Source of the DNA: Candidatus Eiseniibacteriota bacterium
Lineage (GTDB): Bacteria; Eisenbacteria; RBG-16-71-46; CAZEPH01
Assembly (NCBI GenBank): GCA_044229145.1
Contig: JBGATO010000024.1
Span: 1-53,904, forward strand
Direction: 5' to 3'
DNA length: 53,904 nt
Both the position numbers and the translations under genes were made by a program. The notes below the pieces were generated by a model. The model saw only the letters and a program-made list of their open reading frames with translations. It ran no database searches and was not told the origin of the DNA. Positions 39,069 through 48,772 of the stretch are shown in pieces (the first letter of the stretch is position 1; each line of letters starts with the position of its first letter).

Positions 39069-40148
39069 TCACTGAGACGCCGGGGGCGTCTTGACCACAG
39101 TCGGAGCGAGGCGCACCAGCATCCCGCCCAAGATCGTGAACACCACGGCGGCTCCACCCGCCACCGCGAGCGTGACCGGCCCCGGCGGCGTGTGCCGAGC
39201 CGTGAGGCCGGTGACTACCGACGCGCCGGCGAGTCCGTACACACCGAGTGCCGCGCGTCGCGGCGAGCCCAGAATGTGCCGCAGCCGGTGCGACGAATGA
39301 TCGGTGCCGCCGAGATACACCTTTCGCCCTTCGCTCATCCGCACGATGGTCACGAACGTGATGTCGAAGAGCAGGTAGCCGACGACGAGTGCCGGCGCGA
39401 CCCATTCCGTCCAGTGCTGACTGGCGCGCGCCAGCAGCAGCGACGACGACGCCAGCGTGAACCCCACCACCAAACTCCCGGCATCGCCGAGGAAGATGCT
39501 CGCCGGTGGGAAGTTGTGCAGGAGGAAGCCGCAGCACGCGCCGAGCAGCGCCAGCGAGACCAGGCGCACCACCGGATCGCCCGCCCACACCGCCAGCACC
39601 GCGAGCCCCAGCGCCACGATCGCTCCGACGCCCGAGAGCACGCCGTCCATGTTGTCGAGGAAGTTGGCGGCGTTCATCACGGTGAGGATCCAGAACAGCG
39701 ACAGGGCAATGCCGGCACCGGGGATCCCGGGCACCTCGAGCGCGCCGCCGCTGAACAAGAGCGGCAGTGCCACGACACCCTGCCCCAGCATCTTGACGCC
39801 AGGATGCATGCCGCGGCGGTCGTCGACGAGCCCGAGCAGCAACGCCATGAGCAGGCCCAGCGCGAGCGCGAGCACGAGCCGGCTGACCGACGTTTCGTCG
39901 ATGGCGTGATCGACAAGCGGCGGTGCCATGCGGAAGCGAAAGATCCCGGCCACCAGACCGGCGACGATGCCGCCGCAGACCGCCACGCCGCCGAGCAGCG
40001 GCTTCGGCTTCACGTGCACCTTGCGGCTCGATGGCTGGTCGAGGTAGCCGGTGGCGTGCGCGAGCTTGCGCACCGCCGGCGTGATGCAGGCGGAGACAAG
40101 GAAGGCGATGGCCGGGGCCACCAGGTCGACTGTGCGGAAGGACGTCAT
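39069..40148 (-). CDS. MraY/WecA/TagO family polyprenyl-phosphate sugar-1-phosphate transferase
   Basis: RKVH..PKPLLGG, GLVDD, NAANFLDNMDG, NFPPASIFLGDAGS, DHSSHRL. Confidence 0.92.
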   Translation of the reverse strand: MTSFRTVDLVAPAIAFLVSACITPAVRKLAHATGYLDQPSSRKVHVKPKPLLGGVAVCGGIVAGLVAGIFRFRMAPPLVDHAIDETSVSRLVLALALGLLMALLLGLVDDRRGMHPGVKMLGQGVVALPLLFSGGALEVPGIPGAGIALSLFWILTVMNAANFLDNMDGVLSGVGAIVALGLAVLAVWAGDPVVRLVSLALLGACCGFLLHNFPPASIFLGDAGSLVVGFTLASSSLLLARASQHWTEWVAPALVVGYLLFDITFVTIVRMSEGRKVYLGGTDHSSHRLRHILGSPRRAALGVYGLAGASVVTGLTARHTPPGPVTLAVAGGAAVVFTILGGMLVRLAPTVVKTPPASQ

Positions 40149-40164
40149 GGGCGCGCAGCATAAA

Positions 40165-40212
40165 CGAATCGGGCTGGACGCGCACGACGCTCGTGCGGTC
40201 CAGCCCGATTCG
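40165..40212. terminator. 22-bp intergenic hairpin (terminator or processing site)
   Basis: CGAATCGGGCTGGAC-g-CGCACGA-cgc-TCGTGCG-GTCCAGCCCGATTCG; followed by TTTAT on the minus strand. Confidence 0.55.
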
Positions 40213-40237
40213 CTGCCCTCGGAGGCGCGGCGTGGTC

Positions 40238-41242
40238 CTAGACTTTAGTCGAGGCCAGCGTCGCTGCCTGTGGAGCCGCCATTTCGGCGCGAATGTGCTC
40301 GATGGTGAGCTGCAGCAGGTTGTCGAGCGACATCTCCGGCTTGTAGCCCACCGTGTCCCCGATGCGCGAGAGGTCCGGCACGCGACGGCGCATGTCCTCG
40401 AATCCAGTCGGGAACGCATCGGCGTACGGCATCATCGTAATCGTGGACGAACTTCCGGTGAGTTCGAGCACCTTCTGCGCGAGACCGAGAACGGTGATCT
40501 CCTCGTCCGAGCCGACGTTGAAGACCTGGCCGAGCGCACGCGGGCTCTCGCCGAGCATCAACACGCCACGCACCACATCGCCGACATACGAGAAGCAGCG
40601 GGACTGCTTGCCGTCGCCGTAGACGAGGATCGGCTCGTTCTTCAAGGCTTGCGTGATGAAGCGCGGGATCACCATGCCGTAGTCACCGCTCTGACGCGGA
40701 CCGCAGGTGTTGAAGCACCGCACGATCACCACCGGCAACTCCATCTCGCGGTGGTACGCGAACGCGAGGAATTCGTCGAGCGCCTTCCCCGTGGCGTAGC
40801 CCCAGCGCGAAATCGCCGTCGGCCCCATGATGCGGTCGTCCGTCTCCTTGAGCGGATGACCGTTACCGCGACCGTACACCTCCGACGTCGAGAAGAGGAC
40901 CGTCTTCTTCTGCTGCTGCGCCACTGCCTCGAGAACGATCTCGGTGCCCTGCACATTCGTGATCAGCGAGCGAAGCGGATTGTCGACGATGTACTTTACG
41001 CCCACGGCGGCGGCGAGGTGGTACACCATGTCCACCTTCCCCACCAACTCGTGCACGAGTTCGCGGTTGAGAATGCTGTCGATGACCAGGTGGCAGTTCG
41101 GGGAGTTCTGCAGCGAGGCGACATTGCTCAGCCGGCCCGTCGACAGATCATCGAGAATCCAGACCTCATCGCCGCGCTGCACCAGCGCTTCGCTGAGGTG
41201 CGACCCGATGAAGCCCGCACCACCCGTCACGAGTACTCTCAT
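40238..41242 (-). CDS. NAD-dependent nucleotide-sugar epimerase/dehydratase (extended SDR)
   Basis: TGGAGFIGSH, HLAAAVG, STSEVYG, YATGK (YxxxK), GDGKQSRCF. Confidence 0.93.
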   Translation of the reverse strand: MRVLVTGGAGFIGSHLSEALVQRGDEVWILDDLSTGRLSNVASLQNSPNCHLVIDSILNRELVHELVGKVDMVYHLAAAVGVKYIVDNPLRSLITNVQGTEIVLEAVAQQQKKTVLFSTSEVYGRGNGHPLKETDDRIMGPTAISRWGYATGKALDEFLAFAYHREMELPVVIVRCFNTCGPRQSGDYGMVIPRFITQALKNEPILVYGDGKQSRCFSYVGDVVRGVLMLGESPRALGQVFNVGSDEEITVLGLAQKVLELTGSSSTITMMPYADAFPTGFEDMRRRVPDLSRIGDTVGYKPEMSLDNLLQLTIEHIRAEMAAPQAATLASTKV

Positions 41243-41325
41243 CCCTAAGCCCCTCCCTGGAGCAACGAACGCACAGAGCGACCCACGCGCCCGTGAGAGT
41301 TGCAGGTGCCCGTAACCATTCGGCC

Positions 41326-41354
41326 AAAATACTGACCACCACGGAACGCGTCAA
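41326..41354 (-). promoter_or_regulatory. sigma70-type promoter (proximal) for the epimerase gene
   Basis: TTGACG-17 nt-TATTTT. Confidence 0.55.
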
Positions 41355-41544
41355 GCACTTCGTCCCCCGAAACAAGTGACGCACCAGTCGCTTATCGGCA
41401 CGTCAACGGCAGACCTACAGCATCTTTGGAGTTTGCGGGCAGGGCGCCCGAACCCCAGCGGTCTCAAGCAAGGGACAGTGTCGGTTCCTCAGTCGCTTCA
41501 ACGTCAACCCGGCCGAGGGATTCGGCCTTGGATAAGTACACGGC

Positions 41545-41573
41545 ATGGTAGGCGCAGGGTCCATCCCAGGCAA
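41545..41573 (-). promoter_or_regulatory. sigma70-type promoter (distal)
   Basis: TTGCCT-17 nt-TACCAT. Confidence 0.45.
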
Positions 41574-41594
41574 GCAGAATCATACGATCGTGGA

Positions 41595-42770
41595 TCATCG
41601 GCGCACGCCGCGGGCTGCGAGCAATCGGTCGTACAGCGCGATCGTGTCCGCGACGTAACGGGCGGCACCGAACCGCTCCGCGGCCCAGGCACGGCCCGCC
41701 GCACCGAGCGTCTCTCTGCGAGATGGATCGGCCAGGAGTTCGGCGACCGCCACCGTCAGCGCGTCCATATCGTCGCGCGGCACCAGGAGGCCGGTGCGGC
41801 CGTCCGCGAAGACGTCGGCCGCGCCCCCCGCCGCGAAGGAGACGACAGGCCGGCCGGCCGCCTGCGCCTCGATCAGGGACAACGGCGAGCCCTCGTTCGC
41901 GGAGCACAGGACCAGCACGTCGAGCGCCCGGTAGACGGCCGCGAGATCCTGGCGGAATCCCGCGAAGACGATGCGATGCGCGGCGGGTCCCCGGGCGGCG
42001 CGTTCCACGAGGGCCGCGCGCTCGTCGCCATCGCCCACGAAGACGAATCGGGCATCCGGCCACTGCGGGGCCAGCCGCTCGGCAAGCTCGATGAAGAGGT
42101 GCGGCTGCTTGACTGGGACCAGCCGCGCGACGAATCCGATGCTGGGGGTGTCAGGCCCCATGCCCCATGCCCGGCGCAACACATCCCCGTCGTCCGTCGC
42201 GGCGAGCAGGTCGGCGAGATCGAGCCCCGGGTAGATGACCTCGATGCGCGAACGTGGCGCGATGCGCTGCGCCTCGAGATCGCGCGCCACGTGTTCGCTG
42301 ACGGAGACCACGGAATCGGTGAGCGCGGACAACCCGCGTTCGGTGGCACGGACCGCCGCGGACACCGGGCGCGAGAAGTAGCCGTCGAACACATGCCCGT
42401 GGAAAGTATGCACCACGACCGGCACGCCGCACAGCCGCGCGGCGAGGCGCCCCAGCGTCCCTGCCTTGGCGGTGTGCGTGTGGACGACGTGCGGCCGGAC
42501 CCGCCGGATCAGGCGCACGATCTGCGCCAGCGCGGCGGCATCGCGGCCGGGATGCACACTGCGGCGGAGCGCCGGCAGGAGCGTGACATCGATGCCCCGA
42601 GCGTGGGCTTCGTCGAGCAGATCGCCTTCGGCTCCCTCGGCGACGCCGCTGCCGATCGCCGCCGCGAAACCTGCCGCCTCCAGACCTTCGTGTGCGAGGA
42701 AAAGCAGGCGGGCCGGGCCGCCGACGTTGAGCCGCGCGATCAGTTGCAGGACGCGCAGAGGCTCTCTCAT
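41595..42770 (-). CDS. GT4 glycosyltransferase
   Basis: IARLNVGGPA, HTHTAKAG, HTFHGH, ARLVPVK, NEGSPLSLIEA. Confidence 0.92.
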   Translation of the reverse strand: MREPLRVLQLIARLNVGGPARLLFLAHEGLEAAGFAAAIGSGVAEGAEGDLLDEAHARGIDVTLLPALRRSVHPGRDAAALAQIVRLIRRVRPHVVHTHTAKAGTLGRLAARLCGVPVVVHTFHGHVFDGYFSRPVSAAVRATERGLSALTDSVVSVSEHVARDLEAQRIAPRSRIEVIYPGLDLADLLAATDDGDVLRRAWGMGPDTPSIGFVARLVPVKQPHLFIELAERLAPQWPDARFVFVGDGDERAALVERAARGPAAHRIVFAGFRQDLAAVYRALDVLVLCSANEGSPLSLIEAQAAGRPVVSFAAGGAADVFADGRTGLLVPRDDMDALTVAVAELLADPSRRETLGAAGRAWAAERFGAARYVADTIALYDRLLAARGVRR

Positions 42771-43909
42771 GCGCGCGTCCCCGGCCGCACGCCGTGGCGT
42801 GCGTAGATGGCCTCGAGTTTGTCGACCTCGCGCTCCGCGGTGAACTCGGTGCGGAAGCGTTCGCGCGCTGCGGCACCCCAGCGGGTGCGGAGTGCGGGGT
42901 CGCCCAGGAGTTCCGAGAGCGCGCGGGCCAAGGCGACGGGATCGCCGGGCGGCACCAGACGTCCCGTGATGTCGTCGATCACGGCCTCCTCCACACCGCC
43001 GACGCGTGTCGCGACCACCGGCAGACCCGCCCCCATTGCTTCCACGATCGACACGGGGAACCCTTCGGAGTGCGAGGGCAAGACGAACAGGTCCGTCGCC
43101 TGCAGGATCGCGGGGACGTCGCGCCGCAGGCCAAGGAAGTGCACGCGGGCCGGCTCGGCGAGCTGCGCGGCCTGTGCGCGCAGCGCGGGCTCCTCGTTCC
43201 CGCTGCCGCACACGAGGAGGTGGGCGTCGCGATGCGCGCCTTCGAGCGCCGCCCATGCCGCGAGCAGCACGTCATGCGCCTTCACGGCGTGCAAGCGGCC
43301 GACGATCGTGCACACCGTGGCCTCCGCCGGGAGGTGGAGTGCGGCGCGCACAGCGGCACGCGCTTCTGCCGTCGCCTCCGCCGGCTCCGGAGCTCCGAGA
43401 TGGACGACGGTCGCGTCGCGCGGCAGCACGCCGCGGGCGCGGCGCGCGGCCGCCAGGCCGCGCGAATCCGCGAGGATCTCCTGCGCATCGCGCACGAGCC
43501 ACCGCTCGCACCACCGCGTGGGGGCCGACATCCACGTCGCGTCGTCGTGCTTGGTGCTCACCCACACGCATCGGTGAACTGCGCGCGCCAGCCACACGGC
43601 CAGATCGGACCAGAAGAGATGTGAATGCACGAGGGCGGGACGTGTGCGCGCCAGCACCCGGGCCAGTTGCCACACGCCGGCCGGGGCGTCGGCTCTCCGG
43701 CGCATTCCACAGAGGAACACCGGGACGCCGCGCGCCCGAAACTCGTCGATCAACTGGCCGCCGGCCCCCAAGGCGCACACGCCGACCGCATAGCCGCGGG
43801 CACGCAGGCGCGGCACGCGGTCGAGCAGCAGTTGCTCGACGCCCCCCACGTCGAACGTCGGTACCACGTGCAAGACATCCAGAGCCGTGTCCGACGCGGG
43901 TCCGGTCAT
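42767..43909 (-). CDS. GT4 glycosyltransferase
   Basis: GGVEQ, GRLHAVKAH, SEGFPVSIVEAMGAG, TRVGG. Confidence 0.92.
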   Translation of the reverse strand: MTGPASDTALDVLHVVPTFDVGGVEQLLLDRVPRLRARGYAVGVCALGAGGQLIDEFRARGVPVFLCGMRRRADAPAGVWQLARVLARTRPALVHSHLFWSDLAVWLARAVHRCVWVSTKHDDATWMSAPTRWCERWLVRDAQEILADSRGLAAARRARGVLPRDATVVHLGAPEPAEATAEARAAVRAALHLPAEATVCTIVGRLHAVKAHDVLLAAWAALEGAHRDAHLLVCGSGNEEPALRAQAAQLAEPARVHFLGLRRDVPAILQATDLFVLPSHSEGFPVSIVEAMGAGLPVVATRVGGVEEAVIDDITGRLVPPGDPVALARALSELLGDPALRTRWGAAARERFRTEFTAEREVDKLEAIYARHGVRPGTRA

Positions 43910-45252
43910 GCCGCGGGCTCCGTGGGCACCAGCGCGTCGAGTTCCACCGCCAACCGGCGTGTGAGCGCGCGCCGTTCGAATTGCGCCACGAACGCGGCAT
44001 TCGGGGTCACGCTCTCCCCCGCACGCAGGCGGTCGGCCGCCACGGCCAAGGCATGCGCGATGTCCGTGGGATCGCGGAGATCCGCCCCCCACAGCACACC
44101 GCCGAGACGCAACGTCTCCGCGGTGGGGCCGTCCGGCCCCACGCAGAGCACCGGCCGTCCCGCCCGCATGTACTCGAAGGTTTTGGCCGGAAACTGGGCG
44201 AAGTGCTCGGGCGTCCGCCCCACCACGCAGACCAGCACGCCGGCGCCGCGCATGCGCGCGACGCTCTGGCGATGCGGCAAGTACCCCGGACGCTCGACGG
44301 CATCGTGCAACCCGAGTTCCGCAGTCAGGTGGGTGATGCGCGCTTCGTTGTCGAGATCGGAACGGCCGATCAGCGACAGGCCGAGAATGCCGCGCAGGTC
44401 GGGACGCCGCGCGAGACAGGCCGCCAGCCCGCGGAGCAGCGGTACTGGGCTCCACTCCCGGAAGAACGATCCCACGTACACGAAGGTCACCTGCCAGGGC
44501 CCGGGGGCGGGCGTCACGGCGAAATCCTCTTCGTCGTAGCCGTTGGTGATCGCGTGCACGTCGGCGTGGCGCGCCGCCGGGAGTTTCGCACGCAACAGGT
44601 CGGGCAAGCGCGGCGGCGCACAGGTGATGGAGCGCGCGCGCGTGAGCACCGCGCGCTCCATGGCCCCCTCGACATACCGGCGCCATGCCGTCGGAGGCGC
44701 GAAGTAGGGGTTGTCCAGCCAGCCGTCGCGAAAGTCGGCCACCCAGGGCACACCGGTCAGGCGCGCCACCGCCCACCCCGCGAGGTGCGCGCTGTAGGGC
44801 GCGGACGTCGTCAGCAGCGCATCGAAGCGGTGTGCGCGGTGGAGGCGCAGCCCGGCACCGATCACCGCGGGCACCCACGCGATCTGCTCGTCGGGGACGA
44901 AGAGCATGTCCCGGAGTCCGCGCAGCAGGCGATAGCGCCAGGTCGCGCCCTCGTCGACGGCGCGTTCGGCGCGCGCTACGCCGACATCGCCGGCCGCATA
45001 TTTGCCGCGGCGCATCGCCTCCACGAGAGGCCATCGGCTCGGCTCCCACGAGGCGACGCGCTCCACTTCGATCGCGGGCGGGATTTCGTCGGTCAGCGTG
45101 GGGTCGGTCGCCGTGAAGCGCCCGTGGCGCACGGTGATCACCGTCGGCTGCCACCCGCACGCCGGAAGGTAGCGGGCAAACTTGAGAGCGCGCTGTACAC
45201 CCGGCCCCCCGGCCGGAGGAAAGTAGTAGGCGATCAGCAGCAGGCGTTTCAC
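43906..45252 (-). CDS. GT4-like glycosyltransferase
   Basis: AYYFPPAGGPGVQR, WVADFRD, ITNGYD, PAKTFEYM. Confidence 0.9.
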   Translation of the reverse strand: MKRLLLIAYYFPPAGGPGVQRALKFARYLPACGWQPTVITVRHGRFTATDPTLTDEIPPAIEVERVASWEPSRWPLVEAMRRGKYAAGDVGVARAERAVDEGATWRYRLLRGLRDMLFVPDEQIAWVPAVIGAGLRLHRAHRFDALLTTSAPYSAHLAGWAVARLTGVPWVADFRDGWLDNPYFAPPTAWRRYVEGAMERAVLTRARSITCAPPRLPDLLRAKLPAARHADVHAITNGYDEEDFAVTPAPGPWQVTFVYVGSFFREWSPVPLLRGLAACLARRPDLRGILGLSLIGRSDLDNEARITHLTAELGLHDAVERPGYLPHRQSVARMRGAGVLVCVVGRTPEHFAQFPAKTFEYMRAGRPVLCVGPDGPTAETLRLGGVLWGADLRDPTDIAHALAVAADRLRAGESVTPNAAFVAQFERRALTRRLAVELDALVPTEPAA

Positions 45253-45306
45253 GGCATCATGCCGGCGGGGCGTCTCGCGCCGCGCACCCCTCCGTGCCGG
45301 CGCGGT

Positions 45307-46284
45307 TCACACACGAGCCGAGAGTTGTCCCATGACCGCGCCGGCGCCAATCACGGCGGCGCGGCAGACGAGGAAGAACGGCGAAAGGCACGCGGCAACC
45401 GGATCGAACCGCCAGGAGTGTGCGACGAAGCTGACGCACGTCGCCAGCAACGCGAGCACCGACGCAAGGGCAACTCCCGCGCCGATCCGGGGCGCGGCCA
45501 CCGCGATCACGCAGCCCATCCCCGCGAGCGCGAGGAAACCCGCCTGCAGCTTGAGCGTCTGCGGTGTGTACGTGTCCTTCGCCAGCTTGTCGGGATAGCG
45601 CTTGTACACCACCATGCGCCAGTAGCCGCGCCAGTACTTCACGCGCAGGTACTTCTTCAGCGACGCCGGATGTTGGTGGTACACGAGCGCGCGCCGCACG
45701 AACACCATGCGCGCGCCCGTCGCCGCGAGACGATACGAGAGATCGGTGTCCTCATTGTTCGCCATCGGGAATGCAGGGTCGAAGCCGCCGAGTGCGCGAA
45801 ACGTCGCGGTCCGGAAGGCGGCCGAGTAGGTGTCGATCATGTCGATCGACGTATGGCGGTCGAGCATCGTGTACCGCTCTTCGAACTCGAGTTGCGCGAA
45901 GCGTGCGGTGAGCGAGCGCTGGCGGGTGAGATAAGCGCCCTTGGCCGCTTGCACGGTGGGATCCGCGAACACGTCGGTCATCTCGGCCAGCCAGGTCGGC
46001 GTTGGCTCGCAATCCGCGTCGGTGAAGAGCAGGAGGGTGCCCTGTGCCAGGCTGGCGCCGTGGTTGCGGGCCGCCGCAGGACCTTGGTTCTCCTGCCGGA
46101 TGACGCGCACACCGTGAGCGCTGGCGCGCGCAGCCGTGTCATCGCGGGATCCGTCATCCACGACGATCACTTCGTAGCGGTCGCGCGCGACGGTCTGATG
46201 CAACAGCGCGTGCAGGCAGGCATCGATGGTGCCCGACGCGTTGTACGCGGGAATGACGATCGAGAAGTCGAGGGAAGAGCTCAA
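45307..46284 (-). CDS. GT2 glycosyltransferase
   Basis: SIVIPAYN, VVDDGSRD, GPAAARN, FTDAD, GGFD, NEDTDL; C-terminal hydrophobic segments. Confidence 0.92.
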   Translation of the reverse strand: MSSSLDFSIVIPAYNASGTIDACLHALLHQTVARDRYEVIVVDDGSRDDTAARASAHGVRVIRQENQGPAAARNHGASLAQGTLLLFTDADCEPTPTWLAEMTDVFADPTVQAAKGAYLTRQRSLTARFAQLEFEERYTMLDRHTSIDMIDTYSAAFRTATFRALGGFDPAFPMANNEDTDLSYRLAATGARMVFVRRALVYHQHPASLKKYLRVKYWRGYWRMVVYKRYPDKLAKDTYTPQTLKLQAGFLALAGMGCVIAVAAPRIGAGVALASVLALLATCVSFVAHSWRFDPVAACLSPFFLVCRAAVIGAGAVMGQLSARV

Positions 46285-46288
46285 CGCA

Positions 46289-47041
46289 CTATTCGTCGAG
46301 TTTCACCGCTACCGAGCCGACGACGGCGGCCGGCTCACGCCCCGATGCAGGGTACGTGTCCGCGTAGGACGTCACCGGGGAGACCACCGGCGGCGTGTGA
46401 CGCGATGCGCGGTTCGCGATGCGCACGGACAGACGGCGTGCAGCGGCCATCGAATCGCGCAGCACGAGCGCGATGGTCTGCAGCACGACCTTGCAGTCGA
46501 GAGCGAACGACGCGTGTTCGATGTAGTAGAAGTCGTACTGGAGGTTTTCGTGGATCAGCTCGTAGCGCGCCGGGCTGATCTGCCACAATCCGGTGAGCCC
46601 GGGCTTGACGATCAGGCGCCGCCGCTGTTCCGGCGTGTACTGCGCCACCAGGAACGGCATCTCCGGCCGCGGGCCGACGATACTCATGTCGCCGAGCAAC
46701 ACGTTGATCAACTGGGGCAACTCGTCCACCGACGACGGCCGCAGGAAGCGGCCGATCTGCGTGATGCGCGGGTCTTCGTCCGAGGTCGGCGTGAGCGCAT
46801 ATGCCGGCGCATCGACGTACATCGAGCGGAACTTGAACAGCGTGAACTCGGTCCCATCCTTCCCGATGCGCACCTGACGGAAGAACACCGGACCGGCCGA
46901 GGTCAGCTTCACCACGAGCGCGACCACCAGCAGCAGCGGCGAGAGGGCAAGCAGCAGCATCCCGGAGAACACGATGTCGAACGCGCGCTTCGAGATGCGG
47001 TACGCGGGGGACACGGGGCGGATGCGGAGCGTTGCAGCCAT
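46289..47041 (-). CDS. Bacterial sugar transferase (priming glycosyltransferase catalytic domain)
   Basis: KRAFDI, FKFRSM, DPRIT, DELPQLINVLLGDMSIVGPRP, KPGLTGLWQ; start uncertain. Confidence 0.92.
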   Translation of the reverse strand: MAATLRIRPVSPAYRISKRAFDIVFSGMLLLALSPLLLVVALVVKLTSAGPVFFRQVRIGKDGTEFTLFKFRSMYVDAPAYALTPTSDEDPRITQIGRFLRPSSVDELPQLINVLLGDMSIVGPRPEMPFLVAQYTPEQRRRLIVKPGLTGLWQISPARYELIHENLQYDFYYIEHASFALDCKVVLQTIALVLRDSMAAARRLSVRIANRASRHTPPVVSPVTSYADTYPASGREPAAVVGSVAVKLDE

Positions 47042-47235
47042 TCGGAAATGATTCTCCCGCTCGTGAACGGTCGGAAAGCTGGGCAACCGGGATACTCAGG
47101 GCGCCGCGGTACGACCCGCGGCGAGCTTTCGTTGAACGAAACGGTAGGGAGCAGGTCACCGCAACCCTGGGGGACCGAGAGCGAGGAGCTTCAGGTCCCG
47201 TTGCGCTACAGGTGTCGGCGGATGACCGCACACGC

Positions 47236-47265
47236 AGACTAGCACGCGCGCCGCCGCGTGGTCAA
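47236..47265 (-). promoter_or_regulatory. sigma70-type promoter for the sugar transferase-GT block
   Basis: TTGACC-18 nt-TAGTCT with extended TG. Confidence 0.5.
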
Positions 47266-47352
47266 GCGAGCCGCGTGCCGGAATCGGGGGTATCGGCCAG
47301 CCCGGCACACTGAAGCGAAACTGCTGAGTATCGCGGCTCGGCCATCGTCCCT

Positions 47353-48759
47353 CTATGCCGCCGCACGCCGCGGCAGCAATCCCATCCCCCATGCCGCCAC
47401 GCCGTAGGATACCGCCGCGCAGGCGGCCGCCGCGGGCAGCGGCCAGGCGGAGCTCATCCACAATGCCCCCGCGAGGATCCCCGCGGCCGCCGCGGGGCGC
47501 AGCACGACCGCGCCGAGATGCTGGAGGCCGATTTCCCGCCACACGATCCACGCTTCCACGAGCAGGATGAGCGCTTCGGACGCAAACGTCGCCCACGCCG
47601 CGCCGACGATCCCCCACTGCGGGATCCACCACAGGTTCAGTAGCAGATTGGTGGGTACCGCACAGGCGACCGCGATGGCCGGCACCCGCTGCCGGCCGCC
47701 GGCGATCAAGGTGTGCCCGAGGACCGCGCTCCAGCAGTACAAGGTCAGCGTCCAGACCACCACCCGTGCTGCCGGAACCGCCGGCTCGAATCCCGATCCG
47801 AACAGCAGGCGGATAACCTCGTCCGTGCGCACCGAGAGGAAGAGGGAAAGCGGCACGCTCACGGCAAGACACGCGGACAGGGTCCGCCGCACCAAGCGAT
47901 GAAACGCCTCGGGCGCCGTCTCGCGCAGCGCCGCGGCTGCCGGCAAGTATGCCTGCGTCAGGCTGCCGGGAAGGAAGACGAACATCTCGAAGAGCCGGTA
48001 CGCGGCGCCGTAGTATCCCACCGCCTCGGTCTGGGTCAGAGCCTGCAGGATCACCACGTCCTGCCGGAAGTAGAGCTGCCCCAGCACACCCAGCAGGAAG
48101 AGCGGGGTCGCCGCGCGCGCCAACTCCCCCACCCGCTCGAATCTCCACCGCACCCGCTCCGTCACGTGCGTGCCGAGCACCCACACGCCGGCCGCCACGG
48201 CGGCAAGCAGCGCGCCGGCGGTCCACCCAGCCGCGACCCACACCAGGGAGTGAGTCGCCAGCAACGCGATCAGCGCGAGTCCGCTCGACAGCGCGCGTTC
48301 GGCCAGTGTGAGCGCTGCATCGAGGTGCAATTGTTGGCGCGCCCGGAACACGGCGCGGAACGACTCGCCCACCATGCTGGCGAGCGGCGCCACCCCGAGG
48401 ACGCAGACGAACAGGGGCGCGCCCATCGTGCGCTGCGCCCACGCCAGCGGCGCCAGTCCAAGCAGGGCGATCCCGACCAGCGCGAAGCGCAGCGGCAGCA
48501 GGCGTCCGAGCAGATCGCCGGCCGCGTGCGGATCGCGGGCGACCTCCCGGGTGAACAGCGTGCTGAGTCCCCAATTGAAGACGGTGGCGTAGACGGTCAC
48601 CACACCGAGACCGTAGGTCCAGGCGCCGAATCCCCGGCTCAGCAACTCGCGCGACAGCACGGCATAGAAGCCGAGGTTGAACAGCTTGATGACCAACTCG
48701 GCGCCGATCAGGACTCCTGTGTTGCGCGCGAGCCGCGCGCCGGCGCCGGCTTCGTTCAC
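47353..48759 (-). CDS. wzx: Wzx-type flippase
   Basis: ARNTGVL, FGAW, TREVA, VGYYGAAYR, NLWWIPQWGIVGAAWAT; many transmembrane segments. Confidence 0.88.
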   Translation of the reverse strand: MNEAGAGARLARNTGVLIGAELVIKLFNLGFYAVLSRELLSRGFGAWTYGLGVVTVYATVFNWGLSTLFTREVARDPHAAGDLLGRLLPLRFALVGIALLGLAPLAWAQRTMGAPLFVCVLGVAPLASMVGESFRAVFRARQQLHLDAALTLAERALSSGLALIALLATHSLVWVAAGWTAGALLAAVAAGVWVLGTHVTERVRWRFERVGELARAATPLFLLGVLGQLYFRQDVVILQALTQTEAVGYYGAAYRLFEMFVFLPGSLTQAYLPAAAALRETAPEAFHRLVRRTLSACLAVSVPLSLFLSVRTDEVIRLLFGSGFEPAVPAARVVVWTLTLYCWSAVLGHTLIAGGRQRVPAIAVACAVPTNLLLNLWWIPQWGIVGAAWATFASEALILLVEAWIVWREIGLQHLGAVVLRPAAAAGILAGALWMSSAWPLPAAAACAAVSYGVAAWGMGLLPRRAAA

Positions 48760-48772
48760 GCCGCCGTCCCCC

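Noticed and set aside
41391..41536. SAM-I riboswitch (CTTATC...GATAAG resembles P1)
   Set aside because: The conserved internal elements are absent or out of order on both strands, and the downstream gene is not sulfur-related
47042..47352. ops/JUMPstart antitermination element in the polysaccharide leader
   Set aside because: No GGCGGTAG match seen on the coding strand
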